From the NCBI GenBank assembly GCA_963662235.1, contig OY759308.1, positions 1,004,861 to 1,068,860 of the forward strand: 64,000 bases of DNA, written 5' to 3'. Positions 27,712-38,018 of this stretch are shown here, piece after piece (within the stretch, counting starts at the first letter, position 1; every line of letters begins with the position of its first letter). The notes under the pieces were generated by a model. That model saw only the letters and a program-made list of their open reading frames with translations. It searched no databases and was not told the origin of the DNA. Position numbers and translations under genes: made by a program. This DNA comes from Desulfobacterales bacterium (GTDB lineage: Bacteria; Desulfobacterota; Desulfobacteria; Desulfobacterales; G963662235).

Positions 27712-28459
27712 TAAAAAACAAATAGATTTTGAAGCTTTAAATCTTCGTTTTAAAAAGGAGATGAAAAAAGAGATTGGTCAAAGGCACGCTCTTTTTCTTA
27801 GAAATATCTCTAAAAGTTTTTATAGTAGCGATGATGAAAAATTTTATATTTTAAAAGATTTAAGTTTTAATATTAATCCCGGTGATACTATAGCTGTTGT
27901 AGGTGAGTCAGGGATAGGAAAATCGACATTGCTCCAAATTTTAGGTGCTCTTGATAGGCCAGATAGTGGAGAAATAATTTTTAGAGACCAAAATATTTTT
28001 GAGTTTGATACTAACAAACTTGCAAAATTTAGAAATGAAGCGATAGGTTTTATTTTTCAATTTCATCATCTTCTTTCTGAATTTACAGCTGTAGAAAATG
28101 TTATTATGCCTCTTTTGATAAAAGGTATCGATAAGCAAACAGCAATTGAAAAGGCTGAAATTATTTTAAACAGAGTAGGCTTAGAAAACAGAATTAATCA
28201 TAAGGTTGTTGAAATGTCAGGAGGAGAGCAACAAAGGACAGCTATTGCAAGAGCTTTGATTCTTAATCCTGCTATTTTGCTTGCTGATGAGCCGACAGGA
28301 AATCTTGATAAAAAAAACAGCAGGCAATTTCATAATCTTTTATTGGAACTTAATGCAGATATTAATATGACTATGTTTATTGTTACACACAATTCGGAAC
28401 TTGCCTCCTTAATGAAAAAGAGAGTTACTTTAGTTGATGGTAAATTAGTTGAAATATAA
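27704..28459 (+). CDS. lolD: Lipoprotein-releasing ABC transporter ATPase
   Basis: Walker A, GFIFQFHHLL LolD motif, ADEPTGNLD. Confidence 0.9.
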   Translation: MVNKKQIDFEALNLRFKKEMKKEIGQRHALFLRNISKSFYSSDDEKFYILKDLSFNINPGDTIAVVGESGIGKSTLLQILGALDRPDSGEIIFRDQNIFEFDTNKLAKFRNEAIGFIFQFHHLLSEFTAVENVIMPLLIKGIDKQTAIEKAEIILNRVGLENRINHKVVEMSGGEQQRTAIARALILNPAILLADEPTGNLDKKNSRQFHNLLLELNADINMTMFIVTHNSELASLMKKRVTLVDGKLVEI

Positions 28460-28483
28460 CAAACTATTTTTAGAACAATTCTT

Positions 28484-30736
28484 ATGCACTATTTAAATAA
28501 ATCACTTCTTGTTTTAATTTTCTTCATTTTCTTTGCGAATATAGCTTTTGGAGCAGAAAAAATAGATGAAATCGTAATATCAGGGAACCAGAGAATAGAA
28601 AAAGAGGTCTTTTTTAATAAGATACAAAGTAAAAAAGGCGACGATTATGACGAGATAAAACTTTCTGAAGATATGCAAACCTTATATAAAATGGGCTATT
28701 TTGATGATATAAAAATAGCAAAAGAGACAAACGAAAAAGGTGTTGTCATAACTTTTGTTGTAAAAGAGAAACCGTCTGTCAGAAAGATTATTATCAAAGG
28801 GAATAGTATTTATGAATCTGAAAAGATAGTTGAAGAGATAAAGATAAAAAAAGGCAGTATCCTAAACGTCTTTGAAATTCAGGAAAGTCTTAGAATTATT
28901 AAAGGTCTTTATATAAAAAAAAACTACTACAACACTTCGTGTACTTATGAAATTGAAGAATCTAAGAAAAATAGTGCCGAGCTTACGTTTATAATAGATG
29001 AAGGAGAAAAGGCTTACATAAGAGAGATAAATTTTGAGGGTAATAAAGCTTTTAAAGACAAAAAACTTAAAAAAAAGATGGAATCGAGTGAAAAGGGCTT
29101 TTTTTCGTGGCTTACAGAATCTGGCAAGTTTGATAAAAACTTACTCTTTGTAGATAGCGTTGAGGTTTTAAATTTTTATAAAAATAGTGGATATGTAGAT
29201 GCTAAAGTCTCAGAACCAGATATTAAAAGAGAAAAAGATAGAATATGTGTTACGATAAAAATAGAAGAGGGTGATAAATTCTATTTTGGTGAAATAGATA
29301 TAGAAGGGGATATTTTAACTACAAAAGAAGATATTTTAAGTAAAATTAAGATAGTTAAAGGAGAGCCTTACAGCCAATTATTGCTTCAGCAAAATATAAC
29401 AATAGTTTCAAATTTATATGCAGATAAAGGTTATGCTAATGTTGATGTTGTTCCTCTTATCAAGAGAGATGGTACAAATCATAGCCTTAACGTAGTTTTT
29501 AAAATAGATAAGAAGGAAAAAGTCTATTTTGATAAAATATTTATTACAGGGAACGATGTTACACGCGATAAAGTTATAAGAAGAGAGCTTAAAGTTTACG
29601 AAAAAGAACTCTATTCGCTAACGGGCGTTAGAAGAAGTGTAAAAAATTTGCATAAACTTGGATATTTTAAAGATGTAAAAACAAAAATTGTTGAGAGCAC
29701 GTCTAACGAGCAAAAGAATTTAAAGATTGAAGTAGAAGAGGGCTCTACAGGAATGTTTACCGTAGGAGGTGGATATAGTTCTGAAAACGATTTTTTTTTC
29801 AAATCGACACTCGGAAAAAGGAACCTTTTTGGAAGAGGACAATCTCTCGACTTAAGTGCTGAACTTGGCGAAGAGTATGATAGTTACTCACTTAGTTTTA
29901 CAGAACCTTGGCTTTTTGACATTCCTCTCTTAGCTGGTTTTAGTATTTATAAATTAGACAAGGAGTATACCGATTACGACAGAGATAGCACAGGGTATAG
30001 TTTAAAATTGGGTTATAGGTTTTTTGATTATACAACATCAACTATAACGTATTCTTATGATAAGTCCGATGTAAATGACATCACAAGAGAAACAGGAGAC
30101 CCTATATACAATTATGAAGGCATAAATAAGACTAAATCTTTTACAATTATAAACAAGTACGATTCTACCGATAGATATTATAATCCTACTGAAGGCAAAG
30201 AGTATAAATTTTTAGTAGAGTATGCAGGAGGTTTTATTGGAGGAGATATAGAGTATACTAAATATATACTTGAAGCAGGACATTACTATCCACTTTTTTG
30301 GAAAACAGTTGGATTTTTACATACAAGATTCGGTTACATTGATGAAAGAAATAGTTTCCCTTTAGATTATGAGAGATTCCATCTCGGAGGTATGTATTCA
30401 GTAAGAGGTTTTAAATCTAAAGATATTACCGTTTATCAAGATGAGGCTAAACAGTTTAGAATAGGCGGTGATAAATATGCACTTTTTAATGCAGAATTTT
30501 TATTTCCTATCGCAGAAGATGCTGGGCTTATGGGACTTTTTTTCTATGATGCTGGCGATGTCTATGATGATGATGAAAATATGTTTTCACGAAGATTAAA
30601 CTCCAGTTACGGAGGCGGGTTCAGATGGTTCTCCCCAGCTGGTCCTCTTCGTCTCGAATATGGCAGAACCATTCATTCCAACGATGATTCTATAGGTGGC
30701 GATAGATGGGAATTTACTGTAGGCATTATGTTTTAG
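28484..30736 (+). CDS. bamA: Outer membrane protein assembly factor BamA
   Basis: POTRA repeats, TRDKVIRRE, NLFGRG, SVRGF, W.SP.GPL, terminal Phe. Confidence 0.96.
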   Translation: MHYLNKSLLVLIFFIFFANIAFGAEKIDEIVISGNQRIEKEVFFNKIQSKKGDDYDEIKLSEDMQTLYKMGYFDDIKIAKETNEKGVVITFVVKEKPSVRKIIIKGNSIYESEKIVEEIKIKKGSILNVFEIQESLRIIKGLYIKKNYYNTSCTYEIEESKKNSAELTFIIDEGEKAYIREINFEGNKAFKDKKLKKKMESSEKGFFSWLTESGKFDKNLLFVDSVEVLNFYKNSGYVDAKVSEPDIKREKDRICVTIKIEEGDKFYFGEIDIEGDILTTKEDILSKIKIVKGEPYSQLLLQQNITIVSNLYADKGYANVDVVPLIKRDGTNHSLNVVFKIDKKEKVYFDKIFITGNDVTRDKVIRRELKVYEKELYSLTGVRRSVKNLHKLGYFKDVKTKIVESTSNEQKNLKIEVEEGSTGMFTVGGGYSSENDFFFKSTLGKRNLFGRGQSLDLSAELGEEYDSYSLSFTEPWLFDIPLLAGFSIYKLDKEYTDYDRDSTGYSLKLGYRFFDYTTSTITYSYDKSDVNDITRETGDPIYNYEGINKTKSFTIINKYDSTDRYYNPTEGKEYKFLVEYAGGFIGGDIEYTKYILEAGHYYPLFWKTVGFLHTRFGYIDERNSFPLDYERFHLGGMYSVRGFKSKDITVYQDEAKQFRIGGDKYALFNAEFLFPIAEDAGLMGLFFYDAGDVYDDDENMFSRRLNSSYGGGFRWFSPAGPLRLEYGRTIHSNDDSIGGDRWEFTVGIMF

Positions 30737-30879
30737 TCCTAAAGAGAATTGTTTTATTTTAAACAGAAAATATTGTGTTTGACAATTTTATGTTATCATT
30801 TTTAGTAAAGACCACATTTTTATAAAGTGATTATATAAATTATTTTATGATTAAATTATATTAAAGAAGAGGAAGAAAA

Positions 30880-31902
30880 ATGAATGATGTTTTTGATAAA
30901 GAAGCAAAAGAAACAAAATATGTGTTATTAAAACCAGAAACAACTCCTATTTATAGCCATTTAAATCAAACAGATGATGAAATAGACCTTTTTGAGCTTT
31001 TCAATATTATTTATAAAAAAAAATGGCTAATAATCGGTATTACATTGCTTTCTTTAATTGTTACTTCGTTATATTGTGCTTATGCCAAAAAAGTTTATGA
31101 AGTAAAATATCTTTTTTCTATAAAACCATATAGTATGATTTTTATTAATGACTGGCAAGAACTGATAGATGATAATGGAAAAGGACAAAAAAATACAAAA
31201 CAAAATTTCATAACAGATTTAAATTTTTATTTAAGTGAAATAGCAGATAAAAAATTAAGCTCTATAAAACATGAGGAAAAGTTTTTGGAAAAATTTAAAA
31301 TAGATGAAAAAGATTTATACCCTCAATTAATAAAAGAATCAAATATGTCATTTGAAAAATATTTTAATATTACTATTCCTAGAAAAGAGACTCAAAATAA
31401 AAGAGTTATAGCTCTTAGGGCTTATAAAGATATTGAGACTACAAAAAAAATATTGAATCAATATATTGAGTTTTCTGAAGATGAAATAAAGCAAGAAGTA
31501 GTAACAGAACAAAAAGCAGTTATAAATTCTAAACGATTAGCATTTGAAGAAGAGTTAAAGTTAAACAAGCAAAAAGAAAAAGAATTGAATAAGAAGGCTT
31601 TAACAAACAAAAAAACAGATAACTATTCAGCTGATCTTTATGCAGACAAAACAAATACTTTAGTACTTAGAAATAATCAATTATTAATCAATATAGAAAA
31701 GTTAAAAAATCTTAAATCTCAATTAGATAAAATAAAAGTTTTTGAAATTGATTATATAGATGTGCCCAAAAAACCTTTTAAACCTAAAACTATAATCATT
31801 ATTAGTTTAGCTTTTATGATACCTCTTTTTATATCTATTTGTTTTGTTTTGTTTTTGAATGCCTTGCAAAACAGAAAAAAGTTGAACTTAAAAGTACAAT
31901 AA
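30880..31902 (+). CDS. Wzz-type polysaccharide chain-length regulator
   Basis: DDEIDLFELF..KKWLII, two TM segments, coiled coil, P..P..PK motif before TM2. Confidence 0.85.
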   Translation: MNDVFDKEAKETKYVLLKPETTPIYSHLNQTDDEIDLFELFNIIYKKKWLIIGITLLSLIVTSLYCAYAKKVYEVKYLFSIKPYSMIFINDWQELIDDNGKGQKNTKQNFITDLNFYLSEIADKKLSSIKHEEKFLEKFKIDEKDLYPQLIKESNMSFEKYFNITIPRKETQNKRVIALRAYKDIETTKKILNQYIEFSEDEIKQEVVTEQKAVINSKRLAFEEELKLNKQKEKELNKKALTNKKTDNYSADLYADKTNTLVLRNNQLLINIEKLKNLKSQLDKIKVFEIDYIDVPKKPFKPKTIIIISLAFMIPLFISICFVLFLNALQNRKKLNLKVQ

Positions 31903-32004
31903 AACTATGTTGTTTTAAGAAGAGTATAGTTATTTGTGATTTCCCTTTGCTATTATTATGGTAAAAATTAGGATTCGTATGTAAAAATTTTGGAGTTACA
32001 TATC

Positions 32005-32775
32005 ATGAATATAAAATTAAGAAAAAAAATATTAGATATAGCATATCAAACTAAAACAGGTCATATTGGTGGTTGTTTGAGTGTTATTGATATGTTGTAT
32101 ATTTGCTATTTAAAATTGAGAGAGGAAGGTGAACAAGTAATACTTTCTAAGGGGCATGCTGCATTGGCTTTATATGTTTGTTTGAATGAACTTGGAAAAA
32201 TTTCAGATGAAGAGCTTTCAAGCTTTTATAAAGATGGTACGAAATTGCCAGCTCATCCATCTTCTTTTCATTTTAAAGAGGATATCCCTTTTGGTTTAGG
32301 TTCATTAGGACATGGACTACCACTTTCTTGTGGGGTAGCTTATGCGAATAAACTTAAGTCTAATAATTTGCGAACTTACATAATTATGTCTGATGGCGAG
32401 ACGAATGAAGGGACAACTTGGGAGGCTGCACATTTTGCTGTTGCTAATAAGCTGGATAAATTAATTGTTTTTATTGATAAAAACAAAATTCAAGCATTTG
32501 GGAAAGTTGAAGATGTTTTAGGAGATACGGCCAGTAAAATTAAATGGGAGAGTATTGGTTTTGATGTTTTTGAAATCAACGGGAATTGTCAGTCTGAAAT
32601 TGAAGAAAGTGTAAAGAATCTTGATTTGAATAATAAAAAACCAAAGTTGATTATTGGGAATACGATTAAAGGGAAAGGTGTTTCATTTATGGAAAATATA
32701 GTTGATTGGCATTATTTACCAATGACTGAAGAACATTATAAAAAAGCTATTGAGGATCTTGATTTTTATGCGTAA
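32005..32775 (+). CDS. Split transketolase-like ThDP enzyme, N-terminal subunit
   Basis: GHIGG.LS, LSKGHA, GSLGHG, SDGE..EG..WEA, TIKGKGVSFME. Confidence 0.92.
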   Translation: MNIKLRKKILDIAYQTKTGHIGGCLSVIDMLYICYLKLREEGEQVILSKGHAALALYVCLNELGKISDEELSSFYKDGTKLPAHPSSFHFKEDIPFGLGSLGHGLPLSCGVAYANKLKSNNLRTYIIMSDGETNEGTTWEAAHFAVANKLDKLIVFIDKNKIQAFGKVEDVLGDTASKIKWESIGFDVFEINGNCQSEIEESVKNLDLNNKKPKLIIGNTIKGKGVSFMENIVDWHYLPMTEEHYKKAIEDLDFYA

Positions 32776-33658
32776 AGAATTTTCAAAATATCTTTTAGAA
32801 AAAGTTAAAAAACAAAATGATATAGTTTTGTTGACAGGGGATTTGGGATTTAATGCTCTTGAAGAACTTAGAGACTATTTAGGTGATAAATTTTTAAATT
32901 GTGGTGTTGCAGAACAAAATATGATTGGTGTCGCTGCTGGCTTAGCAAGTCGTGGGTTTAAAGTTTTTTGTTATAGTATAGCTCCATTTGTTACATTTAG
33001 AGTTTTAGAGCAAATTAAGATTGATTGCTGTTTGCATAATTTACCTGTATGTATTGTTGGGAATGGTGGAGGGTATGGCTATGGTATAATGGGACCAACT
33101 CATCATGCCATAGAAGATTTGACTATAATTTGTTCATTGCCAAATATGACTGCTTATATTCCATCGTTTAATAATGATGTTTGTAGTGCAATAGATAGTT
33201 TTTTAGAATATAAATCTCCGTCATATTTAAGATTAGGTTATAATTCTAATAACGAAAAAATCAATTTAGGGTTAGAGCAATTGAAAAAATCTAAAGAAGT
33301 AAAAATAAGTATTATTGCTCTTGGTCCTGTTGTTCAAAATGTTATAGATATTGTTGAAGAGAGTGAATGTATAGATGTTTTTACAATTAACAAAATTCCT
33401 TTTGAATTAACTCAAGAGTTAAAAACTAGTTTGGTTTTATCAAAAAAATTATTAGTAGTAGAGGAGCATGTTAGGAAAGGAGGAATTGCAGAACATATTG
33501 CATTAAGATTGATGGAAGAGGGTATTGTGTTAGATTGTTTTAAGAGCTTAGCTTCCGAAGGTTATAAAAACTTTAGATATGGTAGTCAAAAATATCATCA
33601 AACAATCAATGGACTTGATTCTAATAATATATCCAAAATAGTGAAAGCATGGATTTAA
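32768..33658 (+). CDS. Split transketolase-like enzyme, C-terminal subunit
   Basis: TGDLG, GVAEQNM, GPTHHA, EEH...GG. Confidence 0.92.
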   Translation: MRKEFSKYLLEKVKKQNDIVLLTGDLGFNALEELRDYLGDKFLNCGVAEQNMIGVAAGLASRGFKVFCYSIAPFVTFRVLEQIKIDCCLHNLPVCIVGNGGGYGYGIMGPTHHAIEDLTIICSLPNMTAYIPSFNNDVCSAIDSFLEYKSPSYLRLGYNSNNEKINLGLEQLKKSKEVKISIIALGPVVQNVIDIVEESECIDVFTINKIPFELTQELKTSLVLSKKLLVVEEHVRKGGIAEHIALRLMEEGIVLDCFKSLASEGYKNFRYGSQKYHQTINGLDSNNISKIVKAWI

Positions 33659-35619
33659 GAAAAGAGATAGAAAATTTAGAAGGACCAATATTTATATTTG
33701 GGGCTAGTGGTTTTATAGGGGCAAATTTATTTGCTGAGATATTAAAGTATAGAAAAGATTGTTATGCAATATCTCATAATATAAGAAATGCTTGGAGGTT
33801 AAAATTACTGAATACTCCAGAAGAAAATATTTTATATTGTGATATAACTTATAAGAAATCTGTTAAAAGCCTTATTAATAAATATCACCCAAAAACAATA
33901 TTTAACCTTTCAGCTTATGGTGCATATGCAAAGCAATCAGATGTATCAGTAATATTTCAAACTAACCTTGTAGGAACTTTAAATATTTTAGAATCGTGTA
34001 ATGATATTAAGATATTTATAAATGCTGGAAGTAGTTCTGAGTATGGAGAAAATTGTACACAACCATCTGTGGATGGTCCTTTCCAACCAAATAGTTTTTA
34101 TTCAGTTTCTAAATTATCAGCTTCATATTTGATAGATTATTATGCGAAGTATAAAAATATCCCATGTATAAATCTGAGATTATATTCAATTTATGGGAGA
34201 TGGGAAGAACCAGATAGATTATTTCCTAAATTGATTGAAAACGCTATAAAAGGCAAGTATCCACCATTGGTGAATCAAGAGATAAGCCGAGATTTTGTAC
34301 ATATTGATGATTGTTTAAATGCATTTTTACATTCGGCTAATTATGTACAAAAAAAAGATTATGGTAAGAGTGTTAATATTGCATCTGGAAGAAGAACAAC
34401 AATAAAACAACTTACTGATTATATTGCAGAAATATTTAATATTTTAGAACCAGCTACATTTGGTAGTATGCCAAATAGGAATTGGGATTTAAAAGATTGG
34501 TATGGTGAAGTTAATAGTGCAAAGCAAATTTTAAATTGGGAAACAGAAATTTCTCTCAAACAAGGAATTGAAAACACTAAGAATTGGCAAAATAGTATTA
34601 ATTATAAAAAAGTTTTAGAAGCATTTATTGAACCAAAGAAGACTTTAAAAATTTGTCCGATTATAGCTTGTTATAAAGATGAACAAGCTATTCCAATCAT
34701 GTATGAAAGGTTAGTTGAAACCTTTAAAAAGATAGGTTGCAACTATGAAATAATATTTGTGAATGACTGTTCTCCAGATAATACTCAAGAAGTTTTAGAT
34801 GAGATTTGTGCTAATGATTTAAATGTTGTGGCGATAACTCATTCAAGAAATTTTGGTTCACAAGCGGCATTTTTAAGTGGAATGGGAATAGCATCAGGTG
34901 ATGCAGTAGTTTTGATGGATGGAGATTTACAGGACCCACCTGAAATAATAGAAGAGTTTTATTATAAATGGATTGAAGGGTATGATGTAGTATATGGAGT
35001 GCGTAAAAAACGAGAGGCATCTTTCTTTATGAATATTTATTATAAAATATTTTATAGAGTTTTGAAAAAATTGTCTTATATCAAAATTCCTGTAGATGCA
35101 GGTGACTTTTCATTAATAGACAAATCTGTTGTTAATGAAATATTAAATCTTCCTGAAAAAGAGCAATTTCTTAGAGGATTAAGAGCATGGGTTGGCTTTA
35201 AACAGACAGGGGTAAGTTATTTTAGACCAGAGAGAATGTTTGGAAAATCAACTAATAATATGATGAAAAATATACAATGGGCAAAGAAAGCAATTTTTTC
35301 ATTTAGTTTTGTTCCATTAGAGATGTTAACTTTTTTTGGTGTTTTATTAACAGGGGTTTCATTTTTAGTTCTATTATGCCAAATAGCTATAAAGTTATTC
35401 TTTCCAAACATACCTCATGGAGTACCAACAATAATAATATTAATTCTATTTTTTGGAGGGACAAATCTCTTTGCGATTTCAATTATAGGAGAATACATAA
35501 TAAAAATTTTTCAGGAAACTAAAGGTCGCCCAGTGTTTATTCGTTCTCAGGTAATTCATAGAGGTAGAAAAGTTAAGGATAGCGATGAAATAGAGGATTT
35601 AGGAGTACAAAAAAGATAA
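33649..35619 (+). CDS. Fusion of NAD-dependent epimerase/reductase and GT2 (DPM1/GtrB-like) glycosyltransferase
   Basis: GASGFIG, SSSEYG, YSVSK; then VNDCSPD, SRNFG, MDGDLQDPPE, GDFSL, LRAWVGF and two C-terminal TMs. Confidence 0.92.
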   Translation: MDLRKEIENLEGPIFIFGASGFIGANLFAEILKYRKDCYAISHNIRNAWRLKLLNTPEENILYCDITYKKSVKSLINKYHPKTIFNLSAYGAYAKQSDVSVIFQTNLVGTLNILESCNDIKIFINAGSSSEYGENCTQPSVDGPFQPNSFYSVSKLSASYLIDYYAKYKNIPCINLRLYSIYGRWEEPDRLFPKLIENAIKGKYPPLVNQEISRDFVHIDDCLNAFLHSANYVQKKDYGKSVNIASGRRTTIKQLTDYIAEIFNILEPATFGSMPNRNWDLKDWYGEVNSAKQILNWETEISLKQGIENTKNWQNSINYKKVLEAFIEPKKTLKICPIIACYKDEQAIPIMYERLVETFKKIGCNYEIIFVNDCSPDNTQEVLDEICANDLNVVAITHSRNFGSQAAFLSGMGIASGDAVVLMDGDLQDPPEIIEEFYYKWIEGYDVVYGVRKKREASFFMNIYYKIFYRVLKKLSYIKIPVDAGDFSLIDKSVVNEILNLPEKEQFLRGLRAWVGFKQTGVSYFRPERMFGKSTNNMMKNIQWAKKAIFSFSFVPLEMLTFFGVLLTGVSFLVLLCQIAIKLFFPNIPHGVPTIIILILFFGGTNLFAISIIGEYIIKIFQETKGRPVFIRSQVIHRGRKVKDSDEIEDLGVQKR

Positions 35620-35630
35620 AAAAGGTTGAT

Positions 35631-36347
35631 ATGGCTTCAATTAAAGACGAAAGAGGGTTTAATCAAGGATTTAAAAAAAATCAAACTTGGTGGGTAAGAA
35701 GTAAAAGAAGATGGGACAGGGTGTTATCAGAAATAGAACTAAAATCTGAAAGAAGAATAAGAGTCCTTGAAATTGGATGTAGCACAGGTGAGATGAGTAA
35801 CTATATTTCCCAAAATTCAAATATGGAAGTTTTGGGTATTGATATTTCGGAAAAGTTTATAAAAGAAGCTCGTAATAAATATCAAAGAAATAATTTAAGT
35901 TTTCAAGTTAAAGATTTCAATAAAATAAGTGATTTCGCGAATATGGAAAGGTTTGATTATGTTATTGGAGATGGTATTCTGCATCATTTATACTATAACC
36001 TTGATAACTCTTTAAAATCTATAAATGGCTTATTAAAAGAGAGTGGGAAAATAATTTTTTGGGAACCCAATTTTTATAATCTTTATGTGTTTCTAATTTT
36101 TAAAATTAAATATTTTAGAAGATTGGCAAATTTAGAACCTGATGAGATGATTTTTTCAAAAGGGTATATTGAAAGGAAATTGAGAAAAGCCAATTTTAAA
36201 GAAACAGAAGTTAAATTTTTGGATTTTTTACTTCCTGTAACACCAAAAAGTTTAATTGGGCTTTTAATTTGTGTTGGAAATATAATTGAAAAAATTCCTT
36301 TTTTAAGATGCTTCTCTCAATCTGTTTTTATAATAGGGGAAAAATGA
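35631..36347 (+). CDS. Class I SAM-dependent methyltransferase
   Basis: VLEIGCSTG, GIDIS, ILHH, EPN. Confidence 0.9.
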   Translation: MASIKDERGFNQGFKKNQTWWVRSKRRWDRVLSEIELKSERRIRVLEIGCSTGEMSNYISQNSNMEVLGIDISEKFIKEARNKYQRNNLSFQVKDFNKISDFANMERFDYVIGDGILHHLYYNLDNSLKSINGLLKESGKIIFWEPNFYNLYVFLIFKIKYFRRLANLEPDEMIFSKGYIERKLRKANFKETEVKFLDFLLPVTPKSLIGLLICVGNIIEKIPFLRCFSQSVFIIGEK

Positions 36348-36561
36348 TTAAACTAAGAGAGGTATTAAATGAGTATAGTTTTTAGGAATGGTATAAAATT
36401 TATCTTAAATTAGAAAAGTTAAAATCTTTTCTTGTCCATCTATCATTTTAAAACTCACCTTGTGTATTTGCTTATCTGCTAATAAACTAATATAAATTCA
36501 CTCCGCTTTTTTCTATAGATAGAAGGTAGCTCGGCAATTTTCCCTATAAACATAAGCAATT

Positions 36562-36700
36562 TATTTTTTTAATAACGACAAACCTGATGGCACAATGATA
36601 AAATTGACAAATCTATCAAAATTAAGTTCTTTGGGTTGAAAATATGCAATTGAATTGGGAAGAAGGCTTGAGAAAAGTTTATGGGTGGTATAATCTTAAA
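36562..36700 (+). pseudogene. C-terminal remnant of GDP-L-fucose synthase (Fcl/WcaG)
   Basis: Reads FNNDKPDGTMIKLTNLSKLSSLG*KYAIEL(fs)EEGLRKVYGWY, matching the Fcl pattern KPDGT.RKL.D.S.L..LGW...I.LEEG. Confidence 0.8.
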
Positions 36701-36768
36701 TTATTAATAATAAAGTAAGGTTCAAGTTGTCTTGAACTTAAAAAATTATAAATTGGTATAAAATTATT

Positions 36769-37959
36769 ATGAACAATATTTTAAAATTAATAGGAAGAGA
36801 CAAAAAACTTTTTGAAGATGAAATTAAAAAATATAAGGAAGATTTAGAAAAAATTATTAATCATTCTTCTTTTTTAGTTCTTGGTGGTGCAGGTTCAATA
36901 GGGCAAGCAGTAGCAAAAGAGATATTTAAAAGAAATCCTAAAAAATTACACATTGTAGATATTTCTGAGAACAATATGGTCGAGTTAGTTAGAGATATAC
37001 GAAGTACATTTGGTTATATTGATGGAGAATTTGCTACATTCATTCTTGATATCGGGTCATGGGAATATGATGCTTTTATAAAAAATGATGGTAAATATGA
37101 TTATGTTTTAAATCTTTCGGCACTAAAACATGTGCGAAGTGAAAAAGACCCTTATACTCTTATGCGTATGATTGAGACTAATATTTTTAATACGGATAAA
37201 TCACTTCAACAATCTTATGAAAAAGGCACAAAAAAATATTTTTGTGTAAGTACAGATAAAGCTGCAAATCCGGTAAATTTGATGGGAGCAAGTAAAAGAA
37301 TAATGGAAATGTTTGTAATGAGAAAATCTAAAAAAATTGATGTTTCTATGGCAAGATTTGCAAATGTGGCTTTTAGTGATGGAAGCTTGCTTCATAGTTT
37401 TAATCAAAGAATTCAGAAAAAGCAGCCTATTGTCGCCCCCAATGATATTAAGAGATATTTTGTTACACCTCAAGAGAGTGGAGAACTTTGCTTAATGAGT
37501 TGTATTTTGGGAGAGAATAGAGACATTTTTTTCCCAAAATTAAGTGAGAATTTGCATCTAATAACTTTTTCAGAGATTGCAATTAAGTATCTTAAAAACT
37601 TAGGTTATAAACCATATTTGTGCAAAAATGAAAATGAAGCTCGAAGTTTAGTTAAAACTTTGCCTTCCCAAGGTAAATGGCCTTGTCTTTTTACTTCAAG
37701 TGACACAACAGGCGAAAAAGATTTTGAAGAATTTTTTACTGATAAAGAGATTTTGGATATGGGAAGATTTGAAAATCTTGGAATTATCAAAAATGATGCA
37801 ATTTATGATGATGAGAAACTAAATTATTTTGAAAAAATAATAAAAGAGATGAGAGATTCTTTGCAATGGAATAAAAAAGATATTGTGCGAGAGTTTTTTA
37901 AATTAATCCCAGATTTTGCCTACAAAGAGACAGGAAAATATCTTGATGGGAAAATGTAG
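36769..37959 (+). CDS. legB: NDP-GlcNAc 4,6-dehydratase, LegB/LgaA type
   Basis: GGAGSIG, LSALKHVRSE, STDKAANP, RFANVAFSDGSL. Confidence 0.85.
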   Translation: MNNILKLIGRDKKLFEDEIKKYKEDLEKIINHSSFLVLGGAGSIGQAVAKEIFKRNPKKLHIVDISENNMVELVRDIRSTFGYIDGEFATFILDIGSWEYDAFIKNDGKYDYVLNLSALKHVRSEKDPYTLMRMIETNIFNTDKSLQQSYEKGTKKYFCVSTDKAANPVNLMGASKRIMEMFVMRKSKKIDVSMARFANVAFSDGSLLHSFNQRIQKKQPIVAPNDIKRYFVTPQESGELCLMSCILGENRDIFFPKLSENLHLITFSEIAIKYLKNLGYKPYLCKNENEARSLVKTLPSQGKWPCLFTSSDTTGEKDFEEFFTDKEILDMGRFENLGIIKNDAIYDDEKLNYFEKIIKEMRDSLQWNKKDIVREFFKLIPDFAYKETGKYLDGKM

Positions 37960-38018
37960 AGAATTAGTAATATATGAGCAAATTTAATAAAAGTTTAAAA
38001 ACTTTGTAGGAGGTATGA

